A stretch of 63,875 bases of DNA, the filler included, from Octopus bimaculoides (lineage: Eukaryota), in assembly GCF_001194135.2 (NCBI RefSeq). It is 5 parts of 5 records of this genome, joined end to end, with 100 filler letters (N's around TTAATTAATTAA, not from the genome) between each part and the next. Parts side by side here need not be neighbours in the genome. Positions count along the whole stretch, not along the records: positions 1 to 27,315 come from NC_068989.1; 4 more parts are not named here. One strand, 5' to 3'. Each line of letters opens with the position of its first letter. Position 1 is the stretch's first letter. This document shows positions 1-13,185 of this stretch, piece by piece. A model generated the notes under the pieces. That model was not told where the DNA came from and did no database searches. It saw only the letters and a list, made by a program, of their open reading frames with translations. The translations under genes and the position numbers were made by a program.

Positions 1-35
<35 letters not shown>

Positions 36-320
36 TATGTGCGTACACACACACGCGCACACACACATAAGCATGTATGTACGTTGTGAATGTGCCTTTC
101 TTTCGGTGAAGGATGTACATATCACTGAAATAACAGTGAAAGTAGTGCTTTACAAATGAGAAGTTCTACATCGAGGTAAAAGTACTCCTTTATCAATTCC
201 GTTGTCAGAAATGACCTCAACCAATAGTTGGCCCATTGGAGACTTGTAACAAACGGCGCTGTTGTTCACCACTTCTAACATAATATAAGTACAGAATTTA
301 AAAGAATAATGTCTCGAGAT

Positions 321-738
321 ACAGGTATGGGTGTTTGGTTAAGAAGATCGCTTTGCTACCGCACGGGTTTGGGTTCAGTCCTAGTTCGTAGTACCTTGGG
401 TAAGTGTCTATTGTTACAGTTATAGCTACTGGCGGGCCAATATCTTGTGAGTGAATTTGGCAAGCAGAAACTGTGCAGAACCCCGTCGTACATACACACA
501 GTCGCGCGCGCACACACACATATATGTATGCATGTGTGTCTTTGTGTGTCCATTCATTCATTTGAAAACCAGTGTTGGTTTATTTATGTTCCCTTAACAT
601 AGCAGTTCGACAAAAGAAACCATTAGAACAAGTACCAGACTTTAAAATTTTTTTTAAAATTAACTACTGGAGTCAGTTTGTTTCAATGCAGTACTCCAGC
701 ATGGCCGCATTCAAATGCCTGAAATAAGTAAAAGATAA
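321..738 (+). mobile_element. tRNA-head SINE with internal microsatellite and GCATGGCCGC...GAAAYAAGTAAAAGA tail
   Basis: A/B-box-like head (TGGTTAAG, GGGTTCAGTCC). Related pieces at about 7250-7400 (+), 10990-11205 (+), 13900-14005 (-), 14146-14203 (+), 17105-17180 (-) and 57390-57640 (-). Confidence 0.75.
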
Positions 739-759
739 ACAAATTAAAGATATAGCAAA

Positions 760-1380
760 GATGTAGTTTATATTCCAAGTGGTATTTTCGTATTATTATC
801 AAGGGCTTGACCACATTTTTTCCAAACAATATATTCTAAAAACATACATCAGGAAGTTAGTGAAATATTCCAAATGATGGTTTGTGTATTATTTTATTCA
901 AGGAATTGTAATATTTTATTCAAGACAGTATTTTTCTAAACCATACAGTAGCTATGTCTTAAACTCACAATGTTTCTATTAGTCACAATAGAGAAGTAGT
1001 TGATTTCCGAGTGTTATTTTCGTATTATTTTCAAGGGATTCACAATATTTTGTTCAAAACAGTATATTTCAAAACACACAATAAGGAGCTAGTGCAACAT
1101 TCCAAATGGTAGTTTTCTATTATTTTCCAGTGAATTACAACATTATATTCAAGACAGCATAATGCTAAAAACGGACATTAAGAGGTTACCACATATTTAA
1201 AGTGTTATTTTCGAATTATTTTTAATGGAAAACGTTATTGTATGCGGCATGCTTTATTTCTATAGCTCACAGTACAAGAGTAGTTGATTTCCTAAGCATT
1301 ATTTTCGTATCATTTTTAAAGGAAGAACAACATTTTATTCAAAAGAATATATATATATTTTTCTAAAACATACAGTAGAT
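760..1380. repeat. Degenerate tandem repeat, about 85-95 bp unit, about 6-7 copies
   Basis: Recurring TTCC..GTGTTATTTTCGTATTATTTTCAAGG...ATTTTATTCAARACAGTAT...CTAAAACATAC motif. Confidence 0.7.
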
Positions 1381-1712
1381 AATATTTCATCTATTATTTG
1401 CTTTATGTTCAATTAATTGTTTTGATTTATAGCAATAAGCAATATATTCGCCGCTATTAAAGAGCTACAAGTTTCCGTAATTCAAGATGCTCTTTTCTAT
1501 TATTTGCAGTGAAATAATATTCACAGCAAAATCAAGTTTCAACAAGCATTTAACATTTACCAAAAAAAAAAAAAAAAGTATACATAAATAAAAGACTGTA
1601 TTAAACTTCGTTTTCGGAGGGGAAAAAGTGAAGTGAAAAAATCAAATCTGATTGTTATCAATATTATATAGAATTTTCAATTGTTCTTCGACATTTATTT
1701 CGGAACTGTAAG

Positions 1713-1746
<34 letters not shown>

Positions 1747-1860
1747 NNNNNNNNNNNNNNNNNNNNNNNNNNNNNNNNNNNNNNNNNNNNNNNNNNNNNN
1801 NNNNNNNNNNNNNNNNNNNNNNNNNNNNNNNNNNNNNNNNNNNNNNNNNNNNNNNNNNNN

Positions 1861-1892
<32 letters not shown>

Positions 1893-2089
1893 TGTGTATA
1901 TACTGATACACTGATATATATACGTGTATGTTTGAGTCTATGTGTATGTGTTTGTGTGTGTATGTGTATGTGTGTGTGTGTATATGTGTATATGTATAAA
2001 CATACACCAGGACATAGCTAGAGGTTTATAATACATTCACACACATATACATAAATACATATATGAGCTCGTATGCACCCCACCACCAT

Positions 2090-2176
<87 letters not shown>

Positions 2177-2289
2177 TGTGTGTATGTACGTGTGTGTGTG
2201 TGTATATGTGTGTGTGTTTCTATGTATATGTATACGCGTTTGGGTCGCAACAAATATATTTCCGTGTGAGTATAAGCGGCAAGCGTGAG

Positions 2290-2491
2290 TATAATACAGT
2301 CACACAGAGAGCGATTTGCGGTGAGACAAAGATAGGGTGAAAAGATAAAAACCGAAGTTGAGAAAATGAACACGAATTTATATATTCGTGATTCGCGGGA
2401 GCTATTCCTGTTCATTTCCTCAACTTGGGTTTTTATATTTTCACCCTATCTTTGTCACACCGCAAATCACTCTCTGTGTGGCTGCATTATA
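2290..2491. mobile_element. Hairpin MITE with about 82-bp inverted arms
   Basis: 2290-2371 is the reverse complement of 2410-2491 with few mismatches. Ends TACAGTCAC/GTGGCTGCA in a TA context. Confidence 0.75.
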
Positions 2492-3127
2492 TATATATAT
2501 ATGTATATATATATGTATATATATATATANNNNNNNNNNNNNNNNNNNNNNNNNNNNNNNNNNNNNNNNNNNNNNNNNNNNNNNNNNNNNNNNNNNNNNN
2601 NNNNNNNNNNNNNNNNNNNNNNNNNNNNNNNNNNNNNNNNNNNNNNNNNNNNNNNNNNNNNNNNNNNNNNNNNNNNNNNNNNNNNNNNNNNNNNNNNNNN
2701 NNNNNNNNNNNNNNNNNNNNNNNNNNNNNNNNNNNNNNNNNNNNNNNNNNNNNNNNNNNNNNNNNNNNNNNNNNNNNNNNNNNNNNNNNNNNNNNNNNNN
2801 NNNNNNNNNNNNNNNNNNNNNNNNNNNNNNNNNNNNNNNNNNNNNNNNNNNNNNNNNNNNNNNNNNNNNNNNNNNNNNNNNNNNNNNNNNNNNNNNNNNN
2901 NNNNNNNNNNNNNNNNNNNNNNNNNNNNNNNNNNNNNNNNNNNNNNNNNNNNNNNNNNNNNNNNNNNNNNNNNNNNNNNNNNNNNNNNNNNNNNNNNNNN
3001 NNNNNNNNNNNNNNNNNNNNNNNNNNNNNNNNNNNNNNNNNNNNNNNNNNNNNNNNNNNNNNNNNNNNNNNNNNNNNNNNNNNNNNNNNNNNNNNNNNNN
3101 NNNNNNNATATATATATATATACTCAT

Positions 3128-3472
3128 GTGAAGGCGCATGACTCAGTGGTTAGAGCGACGAGCTTACGATGATGAGGTTGTGAGTTCGAATCCCGGACCG
3201 GGCTGTGTGTTGTGTTGTGTTCTTGAGCAAGACAATTTATTTCACGCTGCTCCAGTTCACTCAGCTGTAGAAATGAGTTGCGACGTCACAGGTGCCAAGC
3301 TGTATCGGTTCCTTTGCCTTTCCCTTGGATAACATCGGTGGCGTGGAGAGGGAAGGCCGGTATGCATGGGCGACTTCTGGTCTTCCATAAACAACCTTGC
3401 CCGGACATGTGCCTCGGAGGGTAACTTTCTAGGTGCAATCCCATGGTTAGTCATGGCCGAAAGGGGTCTCAG
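3128..3472 (+). mobile_element. tRNA-derived SINE
   Basis: Head GGCGCATGACTCAGTGGTTAGAGC...GAGTTCGAATCCC. Its core (GTTCTTGAGCAA...CCAGTTCACTCAGCTG) is shared with 9456-9704 and 12938-13185. Confidence 0.8.
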
Positions 3473-3619
3473 CATATATATACTCATGAAGGTATATCAG
3501 TTATGATGAAGGTATATATCAGGTATAATAGTTTTACGCTCGGGATGAATAGAAAAGTCTTTGACGTGTCGAGCCCATACTCTTCGACGGAAAGGATTGA
3601 GACAGAAATAAACGGGGAG

Positions 3620-4170
3620 AGGAAAAACATACAGGAGTTCGTGTCCACCACACCGCCGTCTCAATGCAACGTATCAGCTACTGGGAAAGACTGAAAGAGT
3701 TAAAACTCTCCTTCTTAGAACGAAGGTGGGAAAGATATGCAGTGATGTACATCTGGACAATCCTGGAAAGCCGTGTACCAAAGTTTGGCATTGAAAGTTA
3801 CATAAACAGCAGAAACGAGCGCCACTGCATAGTGCCAAAGATCTCAGCATCACCGACAAAATACAGGACCAAATACTGCAACAGTTTGGGTTTCATGGGC
3901 CCACAACTCCTCAATATCCTTCCAAAATGTCTGAGAGACCTGCATGGTGTGGATGTAGGTGCCTTTAAAACAAAACTGGATCTCCTTCTGTCAAGGGATC
4001 CAGATGAGCATACATCACGGCAAAAAACACAGATGCGGGCCGGGCAGCAGCATCAAACTCCCTCGTTCACCAAATGCCTCATCAGGGGAGGTTTCAAATA
4101 ATGGTGTAACTCAGTCAGCGGTGGTGCCCCAGCATGACGGCAGGTTTAAAGCTGAAACACTTTTATGATT
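3620..4170 (+). mobile_element. CR1/L2-superfamily LINE, 3' fragment
   Basis: ORF 3664-4101 SYWERLKELKL.FLERRWERYA...GPQLLNILPKCLRDL...FKTKLDLLL is a typical post-RT C-terminus. Confidence 0.7.
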
Positions 4171-4185
4171 TAATAAGAATATACA

Positions 4186-5040
4186 TACGATGTGTAGTCA
4201 AAGAAGTATCCAACCTTTGACAAAAAAACAAGTAGTATTAAAAACCTCTCTATTTTGATTCAGTCTCTTTGAAAGTATTTGCCTTGGGAATCTACACACT
4301 TCTGGCAGCGTTCCAGCCGTTGTTGAAAGTATTTCTGGAAACCACTTTTTGGGATGCTGTAGAGCTGTATCATCGAATCTTGCTTAATGGCCTCTCTTGA
4401 CTCAGATCTCCCTTTGAGCTTTGGGTATAACCAAAAGTCACACGGAGCCAAGTCTGGGGAGTAGGAAGCCTGACGAACAAGTGGTTTGTTTTGTTTGATA
4501 AAGAAGGCTTGGACGACATGGGTAGAATGAACTGACTGAGCTGAACTGACAGAACTGACCCATGGCTGATACCAGCTTTGGCAACAATCTCCTCAAGAGT
4601 CACACGACAGTCTTCATAGATTACTCCTCGAAACTTTGCAATCATTTCATCGTTTCAACTAGTCGATGGCCTGCCACAACGTGGGTCACAGTCTACTGAT
4701 GTGCAGCCATCTTTGAATCGGTTGCACCACTCCTTTATTTGTGTTTTTCCCATAGCATCATCCTCAAAGGCCCTTCTGAATCTTCTCGATAATCTGGACT
4801 TGCGTTTTTGGCAGAGTTTGATATTGTACCCTTGCTCAATGCGCTCAGTCATCTTGACTCAAAAAGAAATATCGCACAGCACACTCTTCACGTCTGTATT
4901 CAACGCGTCAACTTCTTCAAGTATCACTTGAAGAGGAAGGTGAGAGTAGAGAGGGAAGTTTTGTCTAGTGAATGTTTAAAAAAAAAATGGGTGAATGTAG
5001 CAAGGATGTAGCGTGAATGACGGAGCCAGCTTGAGCATAA
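4186..5040 (-). mobile_element. Internally deleted mariner transposon
   Basis: Fragments MTERIEQ.YNIKLCQK, WCNRFKDGCTSVDCDPRCGRPSTS, and APCDFWLYPKLK...RCQKCVDSQGKYFQRD. TIR-like end at 4186. Confidence 0.85.
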
Positions 5041-5511
5041 TCCTATGAACCAAAAAAAGAAAGGAAAAAGGAGAGTCACTTACTGTAATGTGATCGATGT
5101 GATCGACTGTCCCCCTCCCCACAAAATCCAGGCCTTGTGCCTAAAATAGAAAGGATTATTATTTATGCTATTTTGGCTATGATTTGACTTTCTGTCTCAC
5201 TCTATTAAATGCGAAATTAATCAGCCCCTTTAATTATATGCCCTTATTTATACCTTTCTACCTTTTATTATTTTTCTATGCTTCATGATCCTTGTCTTCA
5301 ATCATTCTGTCTCCCTTCTGCTTTCCTATTTCCTTTCTCTTTTATTCTAATCACCATAATCCCTTTGATATTACTCCTGGTGTATCCTTCCCATTTAGCT
5401 AATCATTCTCTATGATGTCGTTATGTTAACTATAACCCTAATTTTAATACCGTCTTCTTTCCTCAGACAACCGGCATTACTATAGACTAATGCCTCACGC
5501 TAAGCTACCAT

Positions 5512-5611
<100 letters not shown>

Positions 5612-6131
5612 GTTTCTCTTGGTTCACCTAAGATGGCATGCCTGCCGGCTCTGTTGATTTATCTAGCAGTATACAAGACCGTCTGCTCTTTGATTATTTA
5701 ACTCTGCACATTTCTATAGGCATGGCGAAATGATCAGCTGCTCGAAACTTCATCCTAAGCCGCCAACTCCTATTGTATTTATGCAGATACTCATTCGGTT
5801 GCAAGCAAGGTCATAATGAAATGCCATAACCAGGTTACATTTAATATTGCATGAAGTTACAAAATCATTGTTTGTATCGAATCGATTCCAGCGTGTTAAA
5901 TGATTTATCGAGCCCATCTGTTATTGAAACGATTGTAACTGCGTAATAAATGTGATATAAATATCTTCAATGTTCCGTTCATTTTATGTTATACTCTGCA
6001 GTTGACGAAAGTCGGCAATGTCAGTTTGTGTGGAATACTTGGTTTTACTTGATCGGTTTTCCGTCGGTACATCCAGATAGCCAGATTTCATATGGGTGCT
6101 GACTCATCGGTTTTTCCTCCTTCACATATTA

Positions 6132-6171
<40 letters not shown>

Positions 6172-6613
6172 NNNNNNNNNNNNNNNNNNNNNNNNNNNNN
6201 NNNNNNNNNNNNNNNNNNNNNNNNNNNNNNNNNNNNNNNNNNNNNNNNNNNNNNNNNNNNNNNNNNNNNNNCACACACACACACATATATTTATTTATAT
6301 ATATATATATACACACACATAAATATATGTGTATATGAAAAATTCAATAAGAGATATTAAGGTGGGCGGAAAGTATGAGATGAATCTAGTAATTTTAGCT
6401 TGCTGTCAATGTGTGGTTGTAATTGCGATTTGAGTGTTTGAGAGTGAGAAAGTCTTTAAGTAATTGTACATAGGGAATAAAAGATTCTATATATAGTAGC
6501 TAATTTATTGTAGATAAAATGGGTTTGTTGGAATACGGGGATATGACTCATATTTCTTAATCGAAAATTATGGTCATTTAAAGATAAAGTAAAAAGGTAT
6601 GTGAAAAGAATAT

Positions 6614-6654
<41 letters not shown>

Positions 6655-6998
6655 NNNNNNNNNNNNNNNNNNNNNNNNNNNNNNNNNNNNNNNNNNNNNN
6701 NNNNNNNNNNNNNNNNNNNNNNNNNNNNNNNNNNNNNNNNNNNNNNNNNNNNNNNNNNNNNNNNNNNNNNNNNNNNNNNNNNNNNNNNNNNNNNNNNNNN
6801 NNNNNNNNNNNNNNNNNNNNNNNNNNNNNNNNNNNNNNNNNNNNNNNNNNNNNNNNNNNNNNNNNNNNNNNNNNNNNNNNNNNNNNNNNNNNNNNNNNNN
6901 NNNNNNNNNNNNNNNNNNNNNNNNNNNNNNNNNNNNNNNNNNNNNNNNNNNNNNNNNNNNNNNNNNNNNNNNNNNNNNNNNNNNNNNNNNNNNNNNNN

Positions 6999-7046
<48 letters not shown>

Positions 7047-7694
7047 TGTGTGTTGGTGTGTTAATGTTTGGCTGTGTGAGTAAATAGTAAATTGGCGAAA
7101 AGGATTCAATATATTTATAAGCAAGGTAATTTGAACGAGTAAAGGTAAACATAGCTTTTTGCACATTTAATAAAAGCGATACACGTTTATGAATATTATA
7201 ATGTAAAAGAAATGAAAGGTCGGTATTAAAAAAAACAGATCCACAAATAGGCGCAGGAGTGGCTGTGTGGTAAGAAGCTAACTTTCCAACCACGTGATCT
7301 CGGGTTCAGTCCCACCGCGTGGCACCTTGGGCAAGTGTGTTCTACTATAACTTCGGGCCGACCAGAGCCTTGTGAGTGGATTTGATAGACGAAAACTGAA
7401 GATGAAACAATTGTTGTAGTAATATAAATTTTTTTGTGGGTACATTCCGTCTTCTGTTTTTATCTTGAGTTCTAGTTTATCCTTTACTTTGGTGGGTTCC
7501 AAAGTTCAATTCCTTATAAAGATTCTTCATATTAAATTGGTCGCTTACTGTTGTAAGTATTTTTCGAATATGAAAATTTTACAAGTATAAGATGTGTTAT
7601 GAGCATTTATTGAACACGTATCCTATAGAAACTCAACAAACAATTAAAGATGGAGAAGAGAAGGTGTTAAAAGTTTTATAAAATTTTAACCCAT

Positions 7695-7797
7695 GCATAC
7701 GATCGTTTCGAACGGTAAGAAACATGGAAAAAGTAAAAAAACTAATTTAATTATAATTATAATTAAATTAATTACATATTACCGTTCTCCTCAGTGC
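7695..7797 (-). ncRNA. Minimal type I hammerhead ribozyme with long helix II loop
   Basis: Minus strand reads GCA-CTGAGGA-GAACGGTAA-(about 60 nt AT-rich loop)-TTACCGTTC-GAA-ACGATCGT-A-TGC: intact core, 9-bp helix II, palindromic helix III, GUA site. Confidence 0.75.
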
Positions 7798-8098
7798 GAA
7801 AGAAGAATACATCAAAAAGAAAACATCAGAAGAATATTTTATTGTTACAGAAGACTAAATGGAGTGAGTGTCATATAACATGTTCGGATATTCATAATAT
7901 GATTATGAAAGATGAAAGATAAAAACATGCTTAGGTAGTGTTGAGTCTAGTTGTGTATGAACTATAACTGATGCGGTTAACGGATATTTGGAAATATAAG
8001 CGAAAAATGTTTAAGAAATATTCTCTCTGTATGAAGGTAAGTAATTAAGTAACATACATTCCATATAAAGCATGTATCGTAAGAAGTAAAAGATAATA

Positions 8099-8131
<33 letters not shown>

Positions 8132-9039
8132 GTGTATATATATGCATATATATGTATATATATATAAATAAATAAATAAGCGTCCAATGGGACAGCGTAG
8201 CTATATTTAAATTTATATATGATTTGACAGTTATGAGTGGTATACAATGAAAATAATGAAAATAAATTATGGTGTGTATTAAAAAGAAAATGTTTTAAAA
8301 AATTCCTAGAACAAGAAATAGATAGTTTGTATAATTTTATATAAGTTACTTGAAATTCAAATGACAAAAAAATTTAGGGTTGTGAGGGAGTAGTTATTAG
8401 GTTAATACAATGGGGAAAAAGATTTATTATTAGTTAAAAAGTATTATCTTCGTTTGTGTGAAATAAGTCTAAGAGGAAGGACTAGAAAAAGAAGAATAGT
8501 TGTTAATATTACAGAATGGAGAAAGAAAATACTGAAATAAATTACTGAACCCCGCCCCGCCAAAAAAAAAAAAAAAAAAGAAAAGACGTACGGCGATGAA
8601 AGAGTTTGTTTGAGAGGTTGAATAAGGGAACAATGTAGGGGAAATAAGGCTAAGGTAAATTTGTAAGAAAGATTTTTCGAAGAAAAACACGTTTCTATAT
8701 TTTAATGATAACTATGTTAGTTATTAAAAAATTACAATATGAATTGAGAATCTAGTTATGGACAAAAGAGGTGGAAAACATAGTGATATTGTTATACATA
8801 TTTTTTTTAGCTTGTATAACGTAGTGGTGAAAGTGGATGTAAAAAAAAAGTGTTTTTATTATTCTGGAGTGATAGGGGCGAAAAAATAAGTATATTAAAG
8901 ATATAAGAAGTAATTCATATATATAAATTTCTAATATAAAAGAAGAATATTATTTCAAAATATGTATATATATTTTGTATGCATTTAAAAGGAACAGAAA
9001 CTACAATATACGATAGAAGGATATGTGCATATATGTATG

Positions 9040-9076
<37 letters not shown>

Positions 9077-9455
9077 ATGTGTGCATATGCACATATATAC
9101 ACACATATGTAAATCCATATTCCCTTGTATAATAATGTGTATAATGTATGACATACGTATATGTATATAGTTTATAAGTTTTATAAGTAAAATATAGAAT
9201 ATAATGTATAATCTATTAATTATATTAAACGGTGTTAATAGAAAGTTGATAAAAAAACGTTAGAAGTAATAAAAATAATTATTATGGTAGATAAATAAAA
9301 ATAATATTAATACTAATAAAGAGAAAAAATGGTTGGAAATACTATAAATCTATATGCATAACCAAAATGATAAATAAACTCTATCTATGAGAGTGTGTGC
9401 ATTTTGTGGAAGTGATTGTTGTGCATTTAGAATTACTGTAAGTATAATCATATAT

Positions 9456-9704
9456 CGTGGAAGCGCGTGGCTTAGTGGTTAGGATGTCAGCATCATGATC
9501 GTAAGATTGTGGTTTCGATTCCTGGACCGGGCGACGAGTTGTGTTCTTGAGCAAAACACTTCATTTCACGTTCCTCCAGTCCACTCAGCTGGCAAAAATG
9601 AGTAACGCTGCAATGGACTGGCGTCCCGTCCAGCTGCGGAATACATACGCCATAGAAACCGGGAAACCGGGCCCATGAACCTCGCTAGGCTTTAAAAGGG
9701 CGCA
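9456..9704 (+). mobile_element. tRNA-derived SINE, full length
   Basis: Head GCGCGTGGCTTAGTGGTTAG...GGTTTCGATTCC. An inverted copy lies at 12938-13185. Confidence 0.85.
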
Positions 9705-10019
9705 TTTATTATTCTTTTTATAATCATATATCATCTGTAAAATTTTGGTTAATATAAGTAAATTTGTGAGAAACACAAAATAATGAAAAACATTTCAGAA
9801 ATAAAAATTGGATAACTAAGAGAGGTAGTTTTTTTTTAATATATACATATCATACAAATTGAATAGCTTACGAATAAGAAAGAAGAAAAGAGAAGAAATG
9901 GATAATAAAAAAAGATATATAAGGGCAAAATAGTCACCGAAAAAGTATTAAAGGTGTTTGTATATATGAATAGTAAAAAGTAAAAAGTAAAATGTATCAT
10001 ATATTTTGGCAACAGTAAA

Positions 10020-10042
10020 TTATGATGATGATGATGATGATG

Positions 10043-10116
<74 letters not shown>
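10020..10116. repeat. (TGA)n/(TAA)n microsatellite
   Basis: Direct reading. Confidence 0.95.
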
Positions 10117-10117
<1 letters not shown>

Positions 10118-10498
10118 TTTAGAATAGGTGAGAGAAGTGTATCTAAGTGCATATTGTGAAAAAAATAGATTACATACAAAATATATATATATATATATGT
10201 GTGTATATTAAGTAGTGGTCCAAAATTTGTCTAAAAATATATATTGAAAAAGAGGGGAAGGTATATGAATATTTGGTATAGGTTTTATGTTAATAAAATG
10301 AGGGTCATACAATATATGAGGGGGGAGGATGGTAGAATAACATTTGAATAACCAAGTAGTGTAAGATAATTGAAGTAGAGAGTATTATAGAATACAAATC
10401 ATATATATAGGTAGTAATGGTGTAGAGAGAGATATTATACAAAAAACAAAATTGTAAGGAGAAGGAATAAGATGCAGTTAAGGTAGGGGGTGGAGAGA

Positions 10499-10935
10499 TT
10501 ATTTAAGATTAATAAAAAGGAATTTTGACATATGTCTGCAAGAAAAATCTTTTACATCTCTCGAATTTACAAGAAAACTGATCATTTTCATTATTTTGTA
10601 ACTTTCTTCTAGGCATAATTTGCAGATCTTGTTATTATGTCTATAAGAAGGAGCTGAAGAAAGTATTTTCCAAGAAATCGAATAATCTATACTGCTTCTT
10701 TTCAGCTGCCAAACCTTTATGCATAGACCTGTACTATTTTCGTTTCTAGGGTCATTAAAGGATGATCTATGATTATTTAATTTTAATTTGAAAGAATTTT
10801 GTGTACATCCGATGTAAGTAAATTTAGAGAGATTATTGGTAATAATTGTTGCTTGGTATCCTACATCTTTCATTTTACAGTTACCTTCTACCTCACAAGT
10901 ATTCCGGTTTCTACAATTACAATTAGAATTATTAT
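10499..10935 (-). mobile_element. Penelope-like element: Cys-rich linker plus GIY-YIG endonuclease 3' end
   Basis: NCNCRNRNTCEVEGNC followed by GYQATI...TYIGCTQNSFKLKLNNHRSSF...YSISWKIL...CKLCLEES...NSR...CRH. Confidence 0.85.
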
Positions 10936-11218
10936 ATATATGTATGTATCTATATATACATGTATATATATGAATATATATGCATGTGTGTGTGGGTGCT
11001 CGTGTTCATGTCTTTGGGCTTGTTTGTCCCCAGTCAGCTTGACAACCGGGGCTGTTTTGTTTACGTCCCATAACATTGCAGTTCGGGTATCAGACTTAAA
11101 AAAGAAAATTAAAAAAACCCACAAGTACTGGGGATGACTGAACTTTTTAGCGTGTGCTCCAGCATGGCCGCTGTTTCAATAACTGAAACAAGTAAAAGAT
11201 ATAGAGATAAATGATATA

Positions 11219-12235
11219 CAGGGTGCGATGGGTACATTTCCGCCATCTTATATTTTTAATTTCGTGCTTGCACATTGCTTGTTTTGGATTTTGTCGACTA
11301 CACAGTATGGTAGGGTCAGTTGGGGACCGTCTCTGAGAAAACCAGCATTATGACGCAATTCACTCTGCCAGAAATTTGGAAACGACATGCTGTACCACTT
11401 GGCTTTCGCGCTGGAAGCTCCATTACGAGAATTTCAGAGTGTTTGGGTGTCAATCTGAGGACGGTACAATCTGAGGACATGTACCCAGAGTGATAAAAAT
11501 CAAACATCCAGTCAACATTATGGTGTTTGGAGTGATCACTAGTGATGGCAACGTTATGCCTCTGTTCATCTTCCCACACGGCCTCACACTCAACACAGAG
11601 GCCTACATCAAGTGCCTGGAGGAAGTTGTGCTGCCCTGGGTCAAGAGGATGGCTGCTGGAACACCCTATGTCAAGCAACAGGACTCTGCACCATGCCACA
11701 CAAACAAACGAACCCAGTCCTGGCTGTCAGACAACTTCCGCAACCACATCACCCCTAACATCAGGTCACCTAGTAACCCAGACTGCAATCCCCTTGATTA
11801 TTATGTGTGGAGCACAGTTGAGCGAGAGACCAACAAAACTTCTTGTAACACCAAAGGTGAACTGAAAGCAAGGATTCTGGCTTCATTCACCAACTTAAAC
11901 AAAGAGACCGTCCAGAAGAGTTGCAAGAGATTCCGAAGTAGTCNNNNNNNNNNNNNNNNNNNNNNNNNNNNNNNNNNNNNNNNNNNNNNNNNNNNNNNNN
12001 NNNNNNNNNNNNNNNNNNNNNNNNNNNNNNNNNNNNNNNNNNNNNNNNNNNNNNNNNNNNNNNNNGGAGGCTGTGGTTGAGGGCAATGGCTATTTTATTG
12101 AATAAATTTACTCTTTAGTATTTCAAGATATATATTTTTTTTATCTAATTTTGGTAAATATATCTGTTAAAATGAGACGTGAGTGTTATCTTCATTTTTG
12201 CGTAATTTAGACGACAGTTTATTCACCGCACCCTG
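11219..12235 (+). mobile_element. maT (DD37D) Tc1/mariner-superfamily transposon, internally deleted
   Basis: TIRs CAGGGTGCG.../...CGCACCCTG flanked by TA. QQD and PLD are separated by exactly 37 residues in ORF 11490-12080. Confidence 0.88.
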
Positions 12236-12631
12236 TATATAGCAGAACAATTGGTCGCTTTAAGACTCACTATTCGTACTGTTCAACCCTAGGTCTGCTC
12301 TGATTAAGTAGATTTTGATCAAGGTCAATCAAACCATGGACGTCTCGTTTCTTTTGTCTATATTTGAGGGAATACATTGTCCAGTGTATCTATCTCCCTT
12401 TTCTGAAGACAATTGATGTGATTTGATGAATGTTTGGTTGGTGTTTCTAGCAGAACGAGCGACCATATCAAAGTCTATTCCATAGAGTCTAGTTTCTATG
12501 AAAATACTTTTAGTAATTTATTAGATTAAGGCAGCTTTTATTGTAGGGCGAATTTAGCAGATAATATGGTTTGTGCGGAGGGGCAAAAGTAAAAGTTAAA
12601 GAGTAGGCAAACACATACGTGCGCACACACA

Positions 12632-12667
<36 letters not shown>

Positions 12668-12677
12668 NNNNNNNNNN

Positions 12678-12708
<31 letters not shown>

Positions 12709-12937
12709 ACACATACAGACACACACATACAGACACACATATACACCCACACACAAATGCTCACATATACGTGCACAAACACACAAATGTTTACACACAT
12801 AAACAGACACAAGCAAACATACACACACATATTCACGCTCACACACACAGATATGTGCATATACATTTACATGCATAAATGCTTGTGTTTATGTATACAC
12901 TGTGTATGCCTATATGCGTATATATATATTTTTTTAA

Positions 12938-13185
12938 TGCTCCCTTTTAAAGCCTAGCCAGGCTCATGGGACCGGTTTCCCGGTTTCAATGGCGTATGTG
13001 TTCCCCAGCTGGACGGGACGCCAGTCCATCGAAGCGTTACCCATTTTTGCCAGCTGAGTGGACTGGAGCAACGTGAAATGAAGTGTTTTGCTCAAGAACA
13101 CAACGCGTCGCCCGGTCCAGGAATCGAAACCACAATCTTATGATCAAGATGCCGACACTCTAACCACTAAGCCACGCGCCTCCAC
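12938..13185 (-). mobile_element. tRNA-derived SINE, full length
   Basis: Reverse complement of the 9456-9704 family. Confidence 0.85.

Noticed and set aside
3128-3200. tRNA genes
   Set aside because: The tRNA-like heads all continue into SINE bodies and do not form complete cloverleaves.
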